The notes under the pieces: model-generated
Databases searched by the model: none
Told to the model about the DNA's origin: nothing
Seen by the model: only the letters and a program-made list of their open reading frames with translations
Sequence record: SRR20825006_1036
Length of the DNA stretch: 50,989 nt
Reading direction: 5' to 3' (one strand)
Program-made: the position numbers and the translations under genes
In this document: positions 1 to 10,137 of the stretch, in pieces
Layout of the letters: every line of letters starts with the position of its first letter
Position numbering within the stretch: position 1 is the first letter of the stretch

Positions 1-1452
1 GGCCCGTCCGGCCTGCCGCATATCGGCACGTTTGGCGAAGTCGTGCGCACGACGATGGTGCGCCATGCGTTTGAGGCGCTGACCGGCGGCAAGTACACAA
101 CGCGCCTGATCTGTGTGTCGGATGACATGGACGGGATGCGCAAAGTGCCGCCGACCGTGCCGAACCCGGAAAAGCTGGAGCCATACCTGCAACAGCCGCT
201 GACGGCTGTGCCGGACCCGTTCGGCACGCATGATTCCTATGGCGCGCACATGAATGCGCGGCTCTGTGCCTTCCTCGACCAGTTCGGATTCGAGTATGAA
301 TTCCTGTCGGCGACGGAATGTTACAAGTCCGGCCGGTTCGACGCCATGCTGCTGGAGGCTGCGCGGAAATATCAGGACATCATGGATGTCATGCTGCCAA
401 CGCTGGGCGAAGAACGTCAGGCGACCTACAGCCCGTTTCTGCCGATCCATCCGGACACGGGCGAAGTGCTCTATGTGCCGATGAAGGCCGTGGACGGAGA
501 GAAGGGGACCGTGACGTTCGAGGATGCGTCCGGCAAGGAATTCACGCTGCCGGTGACCGGCGGTCATGTAAAGATGCAGTGGAAGCCCGATTTCGGTATG
601 CGCTGGGCCGCGCTCGGCGTGGACTTCGAAATGTTCGGCAAGGACCATCAGGCGAATGCGCCGATCTATTCCAAGATCACCCGCATCCTGGGCGTGCGGC
701 CGCCGGAGCAATATGTCTATGAGATGTTCCTCGACGAAAAAGGAGAGAAGATCTCCAAGACGAAGGGCAATGGCATCTCGGTCGAGGACTGGCTGAAATA
801 CGCCCCGGATGAGAGCCTCGGCCTGTTCCAGTTCCAGAAGCCGCGCGTGGCGAAGAAGCTCTATTTCGACGTCATTCCGAAAGCTGTGGACGAATACCTG
901 ACTTTTCTTGAGAAGTATCCAAGTGAGGAGCCTGCGCGCCAATTGGAAAATCCGGTCTGGCACATCCATTCCGGCAACCCGCCCGCCGAGACCACGCCGG
1001 TCAGCTTTGCGCTGCTGCTGAACCTCGTCGCGGTGGCGAACCCGGAAGACAAGAGCCAGCTCTGGGGCTTCATCTCGCAATATGCGCCGGACGCCTCACC
1101 CGAGAAGAACCGGTTGCTCGATGAACTCGCCGGCTATGCGATGAGCTATTATCAGGACTTCGTCCTGCCGCAGAAGACCTATCGTGCGCCGACGGACAAG
1201 GAACGCGCGGCGATGGAAGACCTCTCCGCGCGCCTCAAGGCGTTTGACGGGGAGCCGACCTCGGAAAACCTGCAGACGCTGACCTTCTCGGTCGGCAAGG
1301 AGCATGAGTTCGAGAATCTGCGCGAATGGTTCCAGGCGCTGTATGAAGTCCTGCTCGGCCAGAGCCAGGGCCCGCGCTTCGGCAGCTTCGCGGCGCTATA
1401 CGGCGTCGCCAATACGGCCCGCCTGATGGATGAGGCGCTGGCGCGGGACTAG
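1..1452 (+). CDS. lysS: Lysine--tRNA ligase, class I (5' end lies outside the window)
   Basis: Frame open from base 1: [13 protein letters not shown] (HIGH-like), [13 protein letters not shown] (KMSKS-like), C-terminal QGPRFGSF typical of LysRS1. Confidence 0.96.
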   Translation, partial: GPSGLPHIGTFGEVVRTTMVRHAFEALTGGKYTTRLICVSDDMDGMRKVPPTVPNPEKLEPYLQQPLTAVPDPFGTHDSYGAHMNARLCAFLDQFGFEYEFLSATECYKSGRFDAMLLEAARKYQDIMDVMLPTLGEERQATYSPFLPIHPDTGEVLYVPMKAVDGEKGTVTFEDASGKEFTLPVTGGHVKMQWKPDFGMRWAALGVDFEMFGKDHQANAPIYSKITRILGVRPPEQYVYEMFLDEKGEKISKTKGNGISVEDWLKYAPDESLGLFQFQKPRVAKKLYFDVIPKAVDEYLTFLEKYPSEEPARQLENPVWHIHSGNPPAETTPVSFALLLNLVAVANPEDKSQLWGFISQYAPDASPEKNRLLDELAGYAMSYYQDFVLPQKTYRAPTDKERAAMEDLSARLKAFDGEPTSENLQTLTFSVGKEHEFENLREWFQALYEVLLGQSQGPRFGSFAALYGVANTARLMDEALARD

Positions 1453-1523
1453 TCTGCACGTTTCGTAACATGGCTTAAACATTCATCTGCTCTAGTCTGG
1501 CCAGAGCCAGAGGAGCCTTTGCC

Positions 1524-1862
1524 ATGCCTGCCATTCGCCTAGTCCTGATCGCCGGCATGCTTGCCACGCTGCCCGCCTGCCTTGCCACCAAGATCGTGAC
1601 CGTGCCCGTCAGCGTGGCGGGCGACGTGGTCGAGGGCACCGCGAAGGGCGCCTATGCGGTCGGCTCTGGGGTCGTGCACGTCACCGGAGATGCGCTGGAC
1701 GGCCCAGAGGAGGACGTCAAGCTGAAGGTGAAAGTCAAGAAATTTGGCGGCGGCACCAAGACCTATACGCGCACCGTCGAGTCCGACGATATCGAGAAGA
1801 CGCTCGAAAAAATCGGCAAGAAGGGCACCATTATCGACGTGCAGGTCGAGCCGGCAGAGTAG
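1524..1862 (+). CDS. Small hypothetical lipoprotein
   Basis: AGGAG RBS upstream; signal peptide with lipobox-like LPAC; host-like codon usage. Confidence 0.75.
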   Translation: MPAIRLVLIAGMLATLPACLATKIVTVPVSVAGDVVEGTAKGAYAVGSGVVHVTGDALDGPEEDVKLKVKVKKFGGGTKTYTRTVESDDIEKTLEKIGKKGTIIDVQVEPAE

Positions 1863-1866
1863 GGGC

Positions 1867-4800
1867 CTACTCCGCCGCCGCGATCAGCGTGGTCTTTGCC
1901 TTGGGCAGCGTGCCGTCCGGCCAGCCAGCCCAGAGCTCTGCCTCTTTCGCCTTGGCGACTTCGGCGGCTGCTTCCTTCACATGGCCATAGCCGCGAATAT
2001 CGTCTGGGATTTCGGCGAGCGCCACGGCGAGTTCATGATTCTTCGCGGTCAGTTCCTGCGCGATGCGGGACAGGCCGGCGAGATAATCGTCACGCAGCTG
2101 GCGTTCCATCCGGCGCTCGGCCGTGTAGCCGAACAGGTCAAACTTCGTGCCGCGCAGGCCCTTGAACTTCGCCATCAGCTTGAAGACCTGGAACATCCAC
2201 GGGCCAAAATGCTTCTTCTTGGCGTGCCCGTTTGCATCCGTCTTTGACAGAATGGGCGGGGCCAGCATCAGGCGGAGTTTGCCGCCCTTGAACTGGCTGG
2301 CAATGTATTCGGCGAATTTCCCATCCGTGTAGAGACGGGCCACTTCATACTCGTCCTTGTAGGCCATGACCTTGTAGGCATAGGTGGCGGCTGCGCGACT
2401 CAGCTTCTCGCCGAGGCCAGCGCCATGTTCTGCGGCGCGCACCTGAGCGACGATGTTGCGATAGGTCTCCGCATAGGCGGCATCCTGATAAGCGGTGAGG
2501 CGCGCTGCCCGGTCATCTATCAACTCGTCCAGCGTTTTCTCTTCGATATGACCGCGTGGGTCATGCTGGGGCAGGAGCCGTTCCGGGTTCGCCGCAGCGA
2601 TCCGGCCGATATTGAAGGCGGACATGTTGTCTTCCACCTTGGTGCCGTTCAGGCGGATCGCGCGGTAGAGCGCGCGCAGGCTGATCGGCACCTGGCCCTT
2701 CTGCCAGGCGAAACCGACCATGATCATGTTCGTATAGATCGCATCATGCAGATAACCGACCGCAAGGGCCTCGGCATCGAAGGCAGCGAAGTCGCGGGCC
2801 TGCCGTTTCACGCGCGCGGCGAGGAGATCGCTTTCAAACCGTTTTGACCGGTCCCGGATGAATTCACTGGTTGGCGTGACGTCGGAGTTTGCATAGGCCG
2901 CCGTGCGGCCAACATCCATCAGGTTCAGTGCGTCGCCCCCCGCCGCCACGACGAGATCGCAAGCAATGATGAGGTCGGCGCTGGCAGGCGGAACCTTGCC
3001 GGTCGAAATCAGCTCCGGCTCACGCGCAAAGCGAATGTGGCTAAGCACCGGACCACCCTTCTGGGCAAGGCCGGTCATGTCGAGGCTGGAAGCCGCATGG
3101 CCGTCCACATGCGCGGCCATGGCCAGTACGGCGGCGACCGTGGTGACGCCTGTGCCGCCGACGCCGGTGAACAGCACGTTCCACGGCTCAGATAGGCTGG
3201 GGGTTTCCGGCATTGGCAGGCCTGCATCGTCAAATTCCGGACGGGGCTGGTCCTGCCAGGCAGGTTCGCCATCCTGGATCGTCACAAAGCTCGGGCAGAA
3301 GCCGCGCAAACAGGAGAGGTCTGTGTTGCAGGTCGACTGGTTGATGCGCCGTTTGCGGCCGAGTTCGGTTTCGACCGGCTCCACTGACAGGCAGTTGGAT
3401 TTGATCGAACAGTCGCCACAGCCTTCGCAGACTTCGGTGTTGATGACGACGCGCGTACGGTCCGGTGCACGAAGGCCGCGCTTGGACCGGCGGCGCTTTT
3501 CGGTGGCGCAGATCTGATCGTAGATCATGACAGAGACGCCCGGCGTGGCGCGCAGCATCACCTGAACCTCCTCCAGCTCTTCGCGATCAAAGATCTTCAC
3601 GCGGCGCGGCAGGTCTTTCACATTGGCATAGCGGGTCGGGTCTTCGGTGACGATCACGATCGTCTCCACGCCTTCGGCTTCCACCTGCTGAGCGATCTGG
3701 GCCGGGGTCTGGCCAGACTCGACTGTCTGGCCGCCGGTCATGGCGACAGCGTCATTGTAGAGAATCTTGTAGGTCATGTTCGCGTCGGAAGTCACCGCTG
3801 CGCGGATGGCGAGGCTGCCCGAATGGGAATAGGTGCCGTCGCCGAGATTGACGAAGACATGGCCTTCTTCAGTCGCCCAGTGCTGACCAACCCAGGCAAT
3901 ACCTTCGCCGCCCATCTGGCTGGTCATGTCGGTTTTGCGGTCCGGCATGAAGTTCGCCATATAGTGACAGCCGATCCCGGCCAGCGCGCGCGAGCCTTCC
4001 GGCACAACGGTGGAGGAATTGTGCGGGCAGCCGGAGCAATAATGCGGGGTGCGAATGGTTTCGGAGGCATTGATGCGCGCCGCTTCGCCAGTCCGGCCAA
4101 TCCGATCAAAATAGGCATTGGCGCGGCTGGTATCCCAACCTTCAGGAAGGATCTTCATCAGCGCGCCAGCCATTTCCGGGATGGAGATGGAGGCGATATC
4201 GGAGAGCAGGGGGCGTCCCTCGCGATCGCGCTTGCCTTCTACAGTCGGACGTTGGCCATCCGGCAGATCGTAGAGCACCGAGCGTAGCTGATCTTCGATC
4301 AGAGGGCGTTTGTGCTCGATCACGACCACACGTTCCAGACCTTTGCAGAACGCCCGGATCCCTTCGGGTTCAAGCGGCCACGGCATGGCCACTTTGTACA
4401 CGGAGAGACCCAGGCGTCCTGCATCCTGCGGTGACAGGCCGAGCGCCGCGAGCGCCTCGAACACGTCGCGGGCAGCCTGGCCCGTCACGACAACACCGAC
4501 ACGGGGTTTCGGCGAAGGCAGGATGACATTGTCCAGCTTGTTGGCGCGCACATAGGCCTGTGCAGCCGGCAGCTTCACCTGACGCAGGCGCCGCTCCTTA
4601 TCGAGCGGGCTGTCGCCGCGGCGCATATGAACGCCGTCTTCAGGCAGCTGAAAATCAGGAGAGACAAAACTGAACCGGTCAAGATCGACGCTTACCACAG
4701 CGCCGGAATCCATTGTGTCTGCGAGAGCGACCAGTCCGGCCCATGCTCCGGAGAAGCGGCTCATGGCCCAGCCATGGATGCCGTAGTCCAGCACGTCCTG

Positions 4801-5328
4801 GATGGAGGCGGGGTTCAGTACCGGGATCTCCGCATCGGCCATCGCGAACTCTGATTGCGAGGGCAGGGTGGAGGACTTGCAATTATGGTCGTCGCCGATG
4901 ATGGCGAGTACGCCGCCATGGTCGGAGGCGCCAGCGGCGTTGGCGTGTTTGAACACATCGCCCGTCCGGTCTACGCCAGGGGCCTTGCCGTACCACACGC
5001 CGAACAGGCCATCATATTTCGCGCCGGGGAACAGGCCGAGCTGCTGGCTGCCCCACACAGCGGTGGCACCGAGGTCTTCATTCAGACCTTCCCAGAATTT
5101 GATGTCATGGGAATCCAGCCATTTTTGAGCGGCGCGAAGCTGTTGATCGTAACCGCCCAGCGGCGATCCGCGGTATCCAGAGATGAAGCCGGCTGTGTTG
5201 AGGCCCATGCCCAGATCAAGGCGTTTTCGATCAAGTGGCAGGCGAACAAGCGCCTGAATCCCTGTCATGAAGGCTTTTCCCTCGACAAGCTCGTATTTGT
5301 CGTCCAGCGTGACTTCGCGGTGTTGCAT
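1867..5328 (-). CDS. Indolepyruvate:ferredoxin oxidoreductase family protein (fused alpha/beta)
   Basis: 1153 aa; SGYRGSPLGG, YCSGCPHN, TPP motif GDGTYSHSG, ferredoxin CEGCGDC...C, GVGGTGV, MAYKDEYEVARL. Confidence 0.95.
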   Translation of the reverse strand: MQHREVTLDDKYELVEGKAFMTGIQALVRLPLDRKRLDLGMGLNTAGFISGYRGSPLGGYDQQLRAAQKWLDSHDIKFWEGLNEDLGATAVWGSQQLGLFPGAKYDGLFGVWYGKAPGVDRTGDVFKHANAAGASDHGGVLAIIGDDHNCKSSTLPSQSEFAMADAEIPVLNPASIQDVLDYGIHGWAMSRFSGAWAGLVALADTMDSGAVVSVDLDRFSFVSPDFQLPEDGVHMRRGDSPLDKERRLRQVKLPAAQAYVRANKLDNVILPSPKPRVGVVVTGQAARDVFEALAALGLSPQDAGRLGLSVYKVAMPWPLEPEGIRAFCKGLERVVVIEHKRPLIEDQLRSVLYDLPDGQRPTVEGKRDREGRPLLSDIASISIPEMAGALMKILPEGWDTSRANAYFDRIGRTGEAARINASETIRTPHYCSGCPHNSSTVVPEGSRALAGIGCHYMANFMPDRKTDMTSQMGGEGIAWVGQHWATEEGHVFVNLGDGTYSHSGSLAIRAAVTSDANMTYKILYNDAVAMTGGQTVESGQTPAQIAQQVEAEGVETIVIVTEDPTRYANVKDLPRRVKIFDREELEEVQVMLRATPGVSVMIYDQICATEKRRRSKRGLRAPDRTRVVINTEVCEGCGDCSIKSNCLSVEPVETELGRKRRINQSTCNTDLSCLRGFCPSFVTIQDGEPAWQDQPRPEFDDAGLPMPETPSLSEPWNVLFTGVGGTGVTTVAAVLAMAAHVDGHAASSLDMTGLAQKGGPVLSHIRFAREPELISTGKVPPASADLIIACDLVVAAGGDALNLMDVGRTAAYANSDVTPTSEFIRDRSKRFESDLLAARVKRQARDFAAFDAEALAVGYLHDAIYTNMIMVGFAWQKGQVPISLRALYRAIRLNGTKVEDNMSAFNIGRIAAANPERLLPQHDPRGHIEEKTLDELIDDRAARLTAYQDAAYAETYRNIVAQVRAAEHGAGLGEKLSRAAATYAYKVMAYKDEYEVARLYTDGKFAEYIASQFKGGKLRLMLAPPILSKTDANGHAKKKHFGPWMFQVFKLMAKFKGLRGTKFDLFGYTAERRMERQLRDDYLAGLSRIAQELTAKNHELAVALAEIPDDIRGYGHVKEAAAEVAKAKEAELWAGWPDGTLPKAKTTLIAAAE

Positions 5329-5453
5329 AGCATGCCTATCTGATGGGTTTAGGCAGATTATTGGTCAAACCGCGTGAAATTGCTTGCCTATCTTGCGCAA
5401 ATTTTGCTATTCCGGGGTAAAATTTACCGGATAACCTAAGAGAGCGAGCAAAA

Positions 5454-5954
5454 TTGGCCCAAGAATTAGATGCTGTAGATGCGCGAATACTGGACATCAT
5501 CCAGCATGATGCCGGCTTGTCTGTCGCCGAAATTGCCGACCGGGTCGGCTTGTCCTCATCGCCTTGTTGGCGGCGTATCAAGCGCATGGAAGAGGCCGGC
5601 TTCATTACAGGCCGGGTGACCCTGCTGGACAATAACTCACTCGGGCTGAATTTCGAAGTCATGGCGAGCGTCAAACTGGCGCTTCCGAGCCGGGAAAATC
5701 TCGATGCTTTCGAACAGATGGTTCAGGCTTGGCCGGAAGTCATCGAATGCATGACGGTTACAGGTGCGGTCGACTACATGATCCACATCATCACGACCGA
5801 CATGCACGCTTATGACAATTTCCTGCGGGACAATCTGTTAGGCTCAGCCCTCGTGTCGGATGTGCAATCACGTATCGTGATCCGGGTCGCAAAGCGTACG
5901 ACTGCCCTGCCGCTTGATCTGGTTGAAGATATCAAAAAGCCTGCCTCTGCTTGA
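5454..5954 (+). CDS. Lrp/AsnC family transcriptional regulator, divergent from the IOR gene
   Basis: LDAVDARILDIIQ...LSVAEIADRVGLSSSPCWRRIKRMEEAG helix-turn-helix plus RAM domain; TTG start. Confidence 0.93.
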   Translation: MAQELDAVDARILDIIQHDAGLSVAEIADRVGLSSSPCWRRIKRMEEAGFITGRVTLLDNNSLGLNFEVMASVKLALPSRENLDAFEQMVQAWPEVIECMTVTGAVDYMIHIITTDMHAYDNFLRDNLLGSALVSDVQSRIVIRVAKRTTALPLDLVEDIKKPASA

Positions 5955-5986
5955 CCGATGACGCTAGCGCCTGGACTATGGATGCC

Positions 5987-7078
5987 ATGATCCGCGCCGC
6001 GATATCCCTCTCAGTTCTTGCCGTACTGGTGCTGCCATCATCGGCCGCACCGCTATCGCCAGAGGAGTTACAACAGAAGGTGGAAACGGTTCGGGAAGAT
6101 GCCGGGCTGGTAGCTCTTGGGGCTGTCATTGCCAACGCCGATGGGGACATTCTTGGTCTCGCGGTTGATGGAGCCCGCGTGCAGGGCAAGCGGGGGGCTG
6201 TCCAGCAGGGTGACGCCTGGCATATCGGCTCCAACACGAAGATGCTGACCGCGCTGCTTTACGGTCGGCTCGTAGAGCAGGGTGAAGCGAGTTGGGGTGC
6301 GACCCTGCCAGAGTTGTTGCCAGACCTTGCCGACGAGATGGATCCGGCCTGGGGCGATGTGACGATTGAGCATCTGCTTTCTCACCGGAGCGGACTTGCC
6401 GCCAATCCCGGTATGATGTGGTTCCTGACCAGTCGCGGCTCCAACGATCCTGTCGAAACTCAGCGCACTGCTTTGGCGCGAGGTTTTTTGACAAAGCCGC
6501 CTGCCGGCGAAACGGGAACATTTACCTATTCCAATCTTGGTTACATTATTGCGGGGGCAGCACTGGACCGGATAGCCTTGCGGCTGGGGCACGAGAATTA
6601 CGAGACATTGTTCCTGTCCACGCTTGTACTCCAGAATGAAGGTTGGGGGTTCGGACCGCCGCCGACGGGGATTGAAGGCCACGCACAAGGCCTGTTCGGA
6701 GGTTTGAAAGGCCAGGGCACCGGCAGCGGAGCGGATAACCCGGCCGCGCTGGCACCCGCTGGCACGTTACATGTGCCATTGGCCGCGCATGCGCGCTTTG
6801 TCAGCGGTTTCCTGAACGCAGATGAGACTGAGCGGAAACTGCTTACGCCATATCCAACCGCGGGATCCGACTATGCGTTGGGGTGGGGCGTCTCAGCGCC
6901 GGGTCCGCATGGACGTCTCTTCGCCCATAACGGGTCGAATACAATGTGGTTGTCGTCGGTTTACCTGCTGCCAGATGCAGGTCTTGTCGTAATTGTGAAC
7001 ACAAACAGTTTCAGTGATGAGGGCGTTGCGGCGGTCAATAAGCTCGCTCGGGAACTGGCAGACGCATTTGCCGAATAG
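5987..7078 (+). CDS. Serine hydrolase, beta-lactamase/PBP-like family, secreted
   Basis: SxxK (GSNTK), LLSHRSGL, YSN, HNGS motifs; signal peptide; start could also be 5978. Confidence 0.88.
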   Translation: MIRAAISLSVLAVLVLPSSAAPLSPEELQQKVETVREDAGLVALGAVIANADGDILGLAVDGARVQGKRGAVQQGDAWHIGSNTKMLTALLYGRLVEQGEASWGATLPELLPDLADEMDPAWGDVTIEHLLSHRSGLAANPGMMWFLTSRGSNDPVETQRTALARGFLTKPPAGETGTFTYSNLGYIIAGAALDRIALRLGHENYETLFLSTLVLQNEGWGFGPPPTGIEGHAQGLFGGLKGQGTGSGADNPAALAPAGTLHVPLAAHARFVSGFLNADETERKLLTPYPTAGSDYALGWGVSAPGPHGRLFAHNGSNTMWLSSVYLLPDAGLVVIVNTNSFSDEGVAAVNKLARELADAFAE

Positions 7079-7080
7079 TC

Positions 7081-8145
7081 TTACGGCATGTCCACATATG
7101 TGACGTGTCCATCAGACTCATTCAGTATGCGGGGTTCGCCACCCGGCCAGACTTGCAGTCGGGTCTGCATGCGCGGAGACGCGCGGTCTCCTCCAAACAG
7201 GGATTCCGGTTCAAAGCAAAGCCAGGCGAGGGGGGCAGTCTCGGTGGCAGCTGCGCCCGCTTCTTCGATCAGTCGCTTCATGCGTGCAACATCTTCTTTT
7301 GACGGATAAACAAGGAAGACTGAGTGATAAATGACTGTCAGGCCCTCTGAGGGGCGTTTGGTCAGTTTCTGGGCGAGCCAGTCAACCGCATCCGCCTGTT
7401 CCACGCGAACGCCCATATGTCTGGCCAATTCTGCCGCCGTATCCAGACGGGCCAGTCGTCCAGCCTGGTCTGGCCAAATGTAGGATTTGAGCCGCAGGAA
7501 GGCGGCCTCATTTGTCAGGTCAATCGGGTTCAGGTCGCAAGCGGCGCGTGAAGCAATGACTGGAGCGGCGTCGAGATGTGCGGGCTCGGGTCCGTTCCAG
7601 ATCGTGGATATCGTGACGTCGCTCGCGCCCGGTCGTTGCCATGTTCCGCCATCATAGGTGAACCGATCCCAATTCTGGTTGAGGCCCGCACTCGCGCCGA
7701 GCTCAAGCAGGTGCATGGGCATACGGTAGGTTGCGGCAAGTTCGAGAAAACCGGGCAGGAGCGCTATCGACCGGCGGGTCTCATTGGTCTGCGGGGGACT
7801 GTTGATGAAGGTGCGGATGTCGGGGATGTGCGCCGCAAGCCAAGGCTGGGCCTCGGCCCAGACAGCCTCCATCTTCCACTCCGCCAGATGGCCGGGATAA
7901 GTCGCGGCAAGAGCAGGTGCTGCGTTGGTTAGCACGGCATGGTGAAGGGCACCGGCGAGCCTGAGGCCAAGGGCATCCTTGCGGGGATTGCCGGTCCAGT
8001 CGGCGCAGATATCCGCGACCGGGCCATTGGCCTCAAAATCTTCGGCAAATTTCCGGAGCAGGGCCGCAGTGAAAGGAGAGCCCAGATCCTCGCACCATCT
8101 CGCCTGTTCGGTGAAATGGTCGAGGATCCGGGTTTCATCCAGCAT
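7081..8145 (-). CDS. DUF2332 family protein
   Basis: LGSPFTA, PPQTNETRRS, LLELGASAGLN, LKSYIWPDQ motifs. Confidence 0.85.
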   Translation of the reverse strand: MLDETRILDHFTEQARWCEDLGSPFTAALLRKFAEDFEANGPVADICADWTGNPRKDALGLRLAGALHHAVLTNAAPALAATYPGHLAEWKMEAVWAEAQPWLAAHIPDIRTFINSPPQTNETRRSIALLPGFLELAATYRMPMHLLELGASAGLNQNWDRFTYDGGTWQRPGASDVTISTIWNGPEPAHLDAAPVIASRAACDLNPIDLTNEAAFLRLKSYIWPDQAGRLARLDTAAELARHMGVRVEQADAVDWLAQKLTKRPSEGLTVIYHSVFLVYPSKEDVARMKRLIEEAGAAATETAPLAWLCFEPESLFGGDRASPRMQTRLQVWPGGEPRILNESDGHVTYVDMP

Positions 8146-8154
8146 GCCGGACCC

Positions 8155-9336
8155 CTAGTAGCGTTCGAGCGCCATCGCGATGCCTTCGCCGCCACCAATA
8201 CAGAGACTGGCCATGCCTTTTTTCAGGCCACGATCTTCCATGGCCGCGAGCAGTGTGACGATCAAACGAGCGCCGGAAGCGCCGATCGGGTGACCCATGG
8301 CGCAGGCACCGCCATTCACGTTCAGCTTGTCGTGCGAGATGCCCATTTCCTTCATGGCGATCATTGGAACGACCGCGAAGGCTTCGTTGACTTCCCAAAG
8401 CTCGACATCGTCGACGCTCCAGCCAGCCTTTTCCAAGGCTTTCTTCATGGCAGGCACTGGCGCGGTCGTGAAGTATTCAGGCTCGTGAGCGTGGCTGGAC
8501 GAAGACACGATCTTGGCCAGCGGATTGAGACCGCGTTTCTTGGCTTCAGATTCGCGCATCAGGACGAGCGCAGCTGCGCCATCTGAAATAGCTGAGGCAT
8601 TGGCTGCGGTAACGGTGCCGTCCTTGGAGAAGGCCGGGCGCAGCGACGGGATTTTTTCCGGCATCGCAGTGCGAGGCAGTTCATCAGTGTCGACGACCGT
8701 TTCGCCCTTGCGGGTCTTGATGGTGACCGGGGCAATCTCGCGCTTGAACTTGCCTTCTTTCGTTGCGTTCTGTGCGCGCGACAGCGTTTCCAGCGCGTAG
8801 GCATCCTGTTGCTCGCGTGTGAACTGGTACTCACCCGCGATCATGTCGGCGAATTCGCCCATGGGGCCGCCCTTGTAGGCGTCGGACAAGCCGTCGAGCG
8901 CCATATGGTCCTGAGCGTTCATGGTGCCGTATTTATGGCCCTTGCGGACGTTCAGCAGGTGCGGTGCGTTGGTCATGGATTCCATGCCGCCAGCGATCAC
9001 GATGTTTGCGTCGCCCGCCAGAATGGCATTGCGGCCCATGACGGCAGCTTGCATGCCGGAGCCGCACATCTTGTTGATCGTTGTGGCTTCAAGGCCCTTG
9101 TCCTGACCGGATTTGAAACCTGCCTGACGGGCAGGAGCTTGGCCCTGGCCAGCGGGAAGGCAGTTGCCCATGATGATTTCATTCGCCTCGCCGGGGGCCA
9201 GCTTTGCTTCGCTGACAGCTTTCTCGATGGCAATGGCGCCCAACTCACTGGCAGTCAGGCTGGCAAGGTCGCCGAGCAGGCCACCCATGGGCGTGCGGCC
9301 CATACCGACGATGACGACGGGATCTTGTTCAGACAT
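8155..9336 (-). CDS. Acetyl-CoA C-acyltransferase (thiolase)
   Basis: NKMCGSG catalytic Cys, NEAF, GHPIGASG, CIGGGEG; start at MSEQD. Confidence 0.96.
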   Translation of the reverse strand: MSEQDPVVIVGMGRTPMGGLLGDLASLTASELGAIAIEKAVSEAKLAPGEANEIIMGNCLPAGQGQAPARQAGFKSGQDKGLEATTINKMCGSGMQAAVMGRNAILAGDANIVIAGGMESMTNAPHLLNVRKGHKYGTMNAQDHMALDGLSDAYKGGPMGEFADMIAGEYQFTREQQDAYALETLSRAQNATKEGKFKREIAPVTIKTRKGETVVDTDELPRTAMPEKIPSLRPAFSKDGTVTAANASAISDGAAALVLMRESEAKKRGLNPLAKIVSSSSHAHEPEYFTTAPVPAMKKALEKAGWSVDDVELWEVNEAFAVVPMIAMKEMGISHDKLNVNGGACAMGHPIGASGARLIVTLLAAMEDRGLKKGMASLCIGGGEGIAMALERY

Positions 9337-9362
9337 GGAGTTTCCTTCCGCTATGGATTTTT

Positions 9363-9406
9363 TTTGCAGGTGCGAACACAAAGCGCGTCCGGGCCTCACT
9401 CGTCAA
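9363..9406 (-). promoter_or_regulatory. Thiolase promoter region: -35 TTGACG plus an imperfect palindrome TTTGCAGGTGCGAA near the expected start site
   Basis: cgtcaa at 9401-9406 (TTGACG on minus strand); palindrome at 9363-9376. Confidence 0.45.
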
Positions 9407-9562
9407 GAGTTCACGAAACGCGATTGGCGGCGATTTCTTCATCGAACGGGGCGCGCAATCGAGAAGTTGTCGCCGTTCTATTGTAATGCCAGTGCATTTT
9501 CGGCTTCAATGAAAGCCACGAGAGCAATCTGGTGAAAATGTCGCTGGGGATGGGTACCTTAA

Positions 9563-10117
9563 ATGGCAAGTTCGACTTATGCCTTGGCGCGCAGAATGCT
9601 TCCATCTCGGATGTTCTATGCTGGTCGGCAATTGTCCCGGCGCCTCCGCAAGTTCCGTCTCCACGAACGTTATACCGCGAAATTTCCGAGCCGACGCGAT
9701 CTGAAAATATTCTCGATATCGCCAGACGCAGAGTTGCACGTCTTCTGGAAAGTCCTGCCCATTGGGCGCGGGCCCGCGTTTTCGCTTTTCATCCATGAAG
9801 ACGAAGTCCTCCGCTTCGATTGTTTCGGCGAGGATGAGGGCCATTATCACGCGCATTTCGAGCGGGGCTGGAGCGCGGCCCAAACTCGAATGTATTTCTT
9901 TGAAGCAAGCGAAAGCGAACAGATAGACCGAGTTGAATTCGAGCTTTTGAACAATCTCGACTACTATCTCCAACGACACCCGTGGGCACGTATTCGCGCA
10001 GTGCGCCTGGATAGAGGGCAGCTTGAAACAGCGTGTGCTGCAGCCGGTGAGCAGGCGCGGGCCTTTCTGCAATCCATTCCCGAACTTGCCGTACCGGCAG
10101 GATCACTCCGGTCGTGA
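9563..10117 (+). CDS. Hypothetical protein, 184 aa
   Basis: Fills the gap between thiolase and GPx; globular-looking sequence with EVLRFDCFG..GHYH motif. Confidence 0.7.
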   Translation: MASSTYALARRMLPSRMFYAGRQLSRRLRKFRLHERYTAKFPSRRDLKIFSISPDAELHVFWKVLPIGRGPAFSLFIHEDEVLRFDCFGEDEGHYHAHFERGWSAAQTRMYFFEASESEQIDRVEFELLNNLDYYLQRHPWARIRAVRLDRGQLETACAAAGEQARAFLQSIPELAVPAGSLRS

Positions 10118-10137
10118 AGTGGCGCGCCTGATAGGCG

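Noticed and set aside
1474..1490. CtrA-like site (GTAA-N7-TAAA)
   Set aside because: Two mismatches to TTAA-N7-TTAA; not distinguishable from chance
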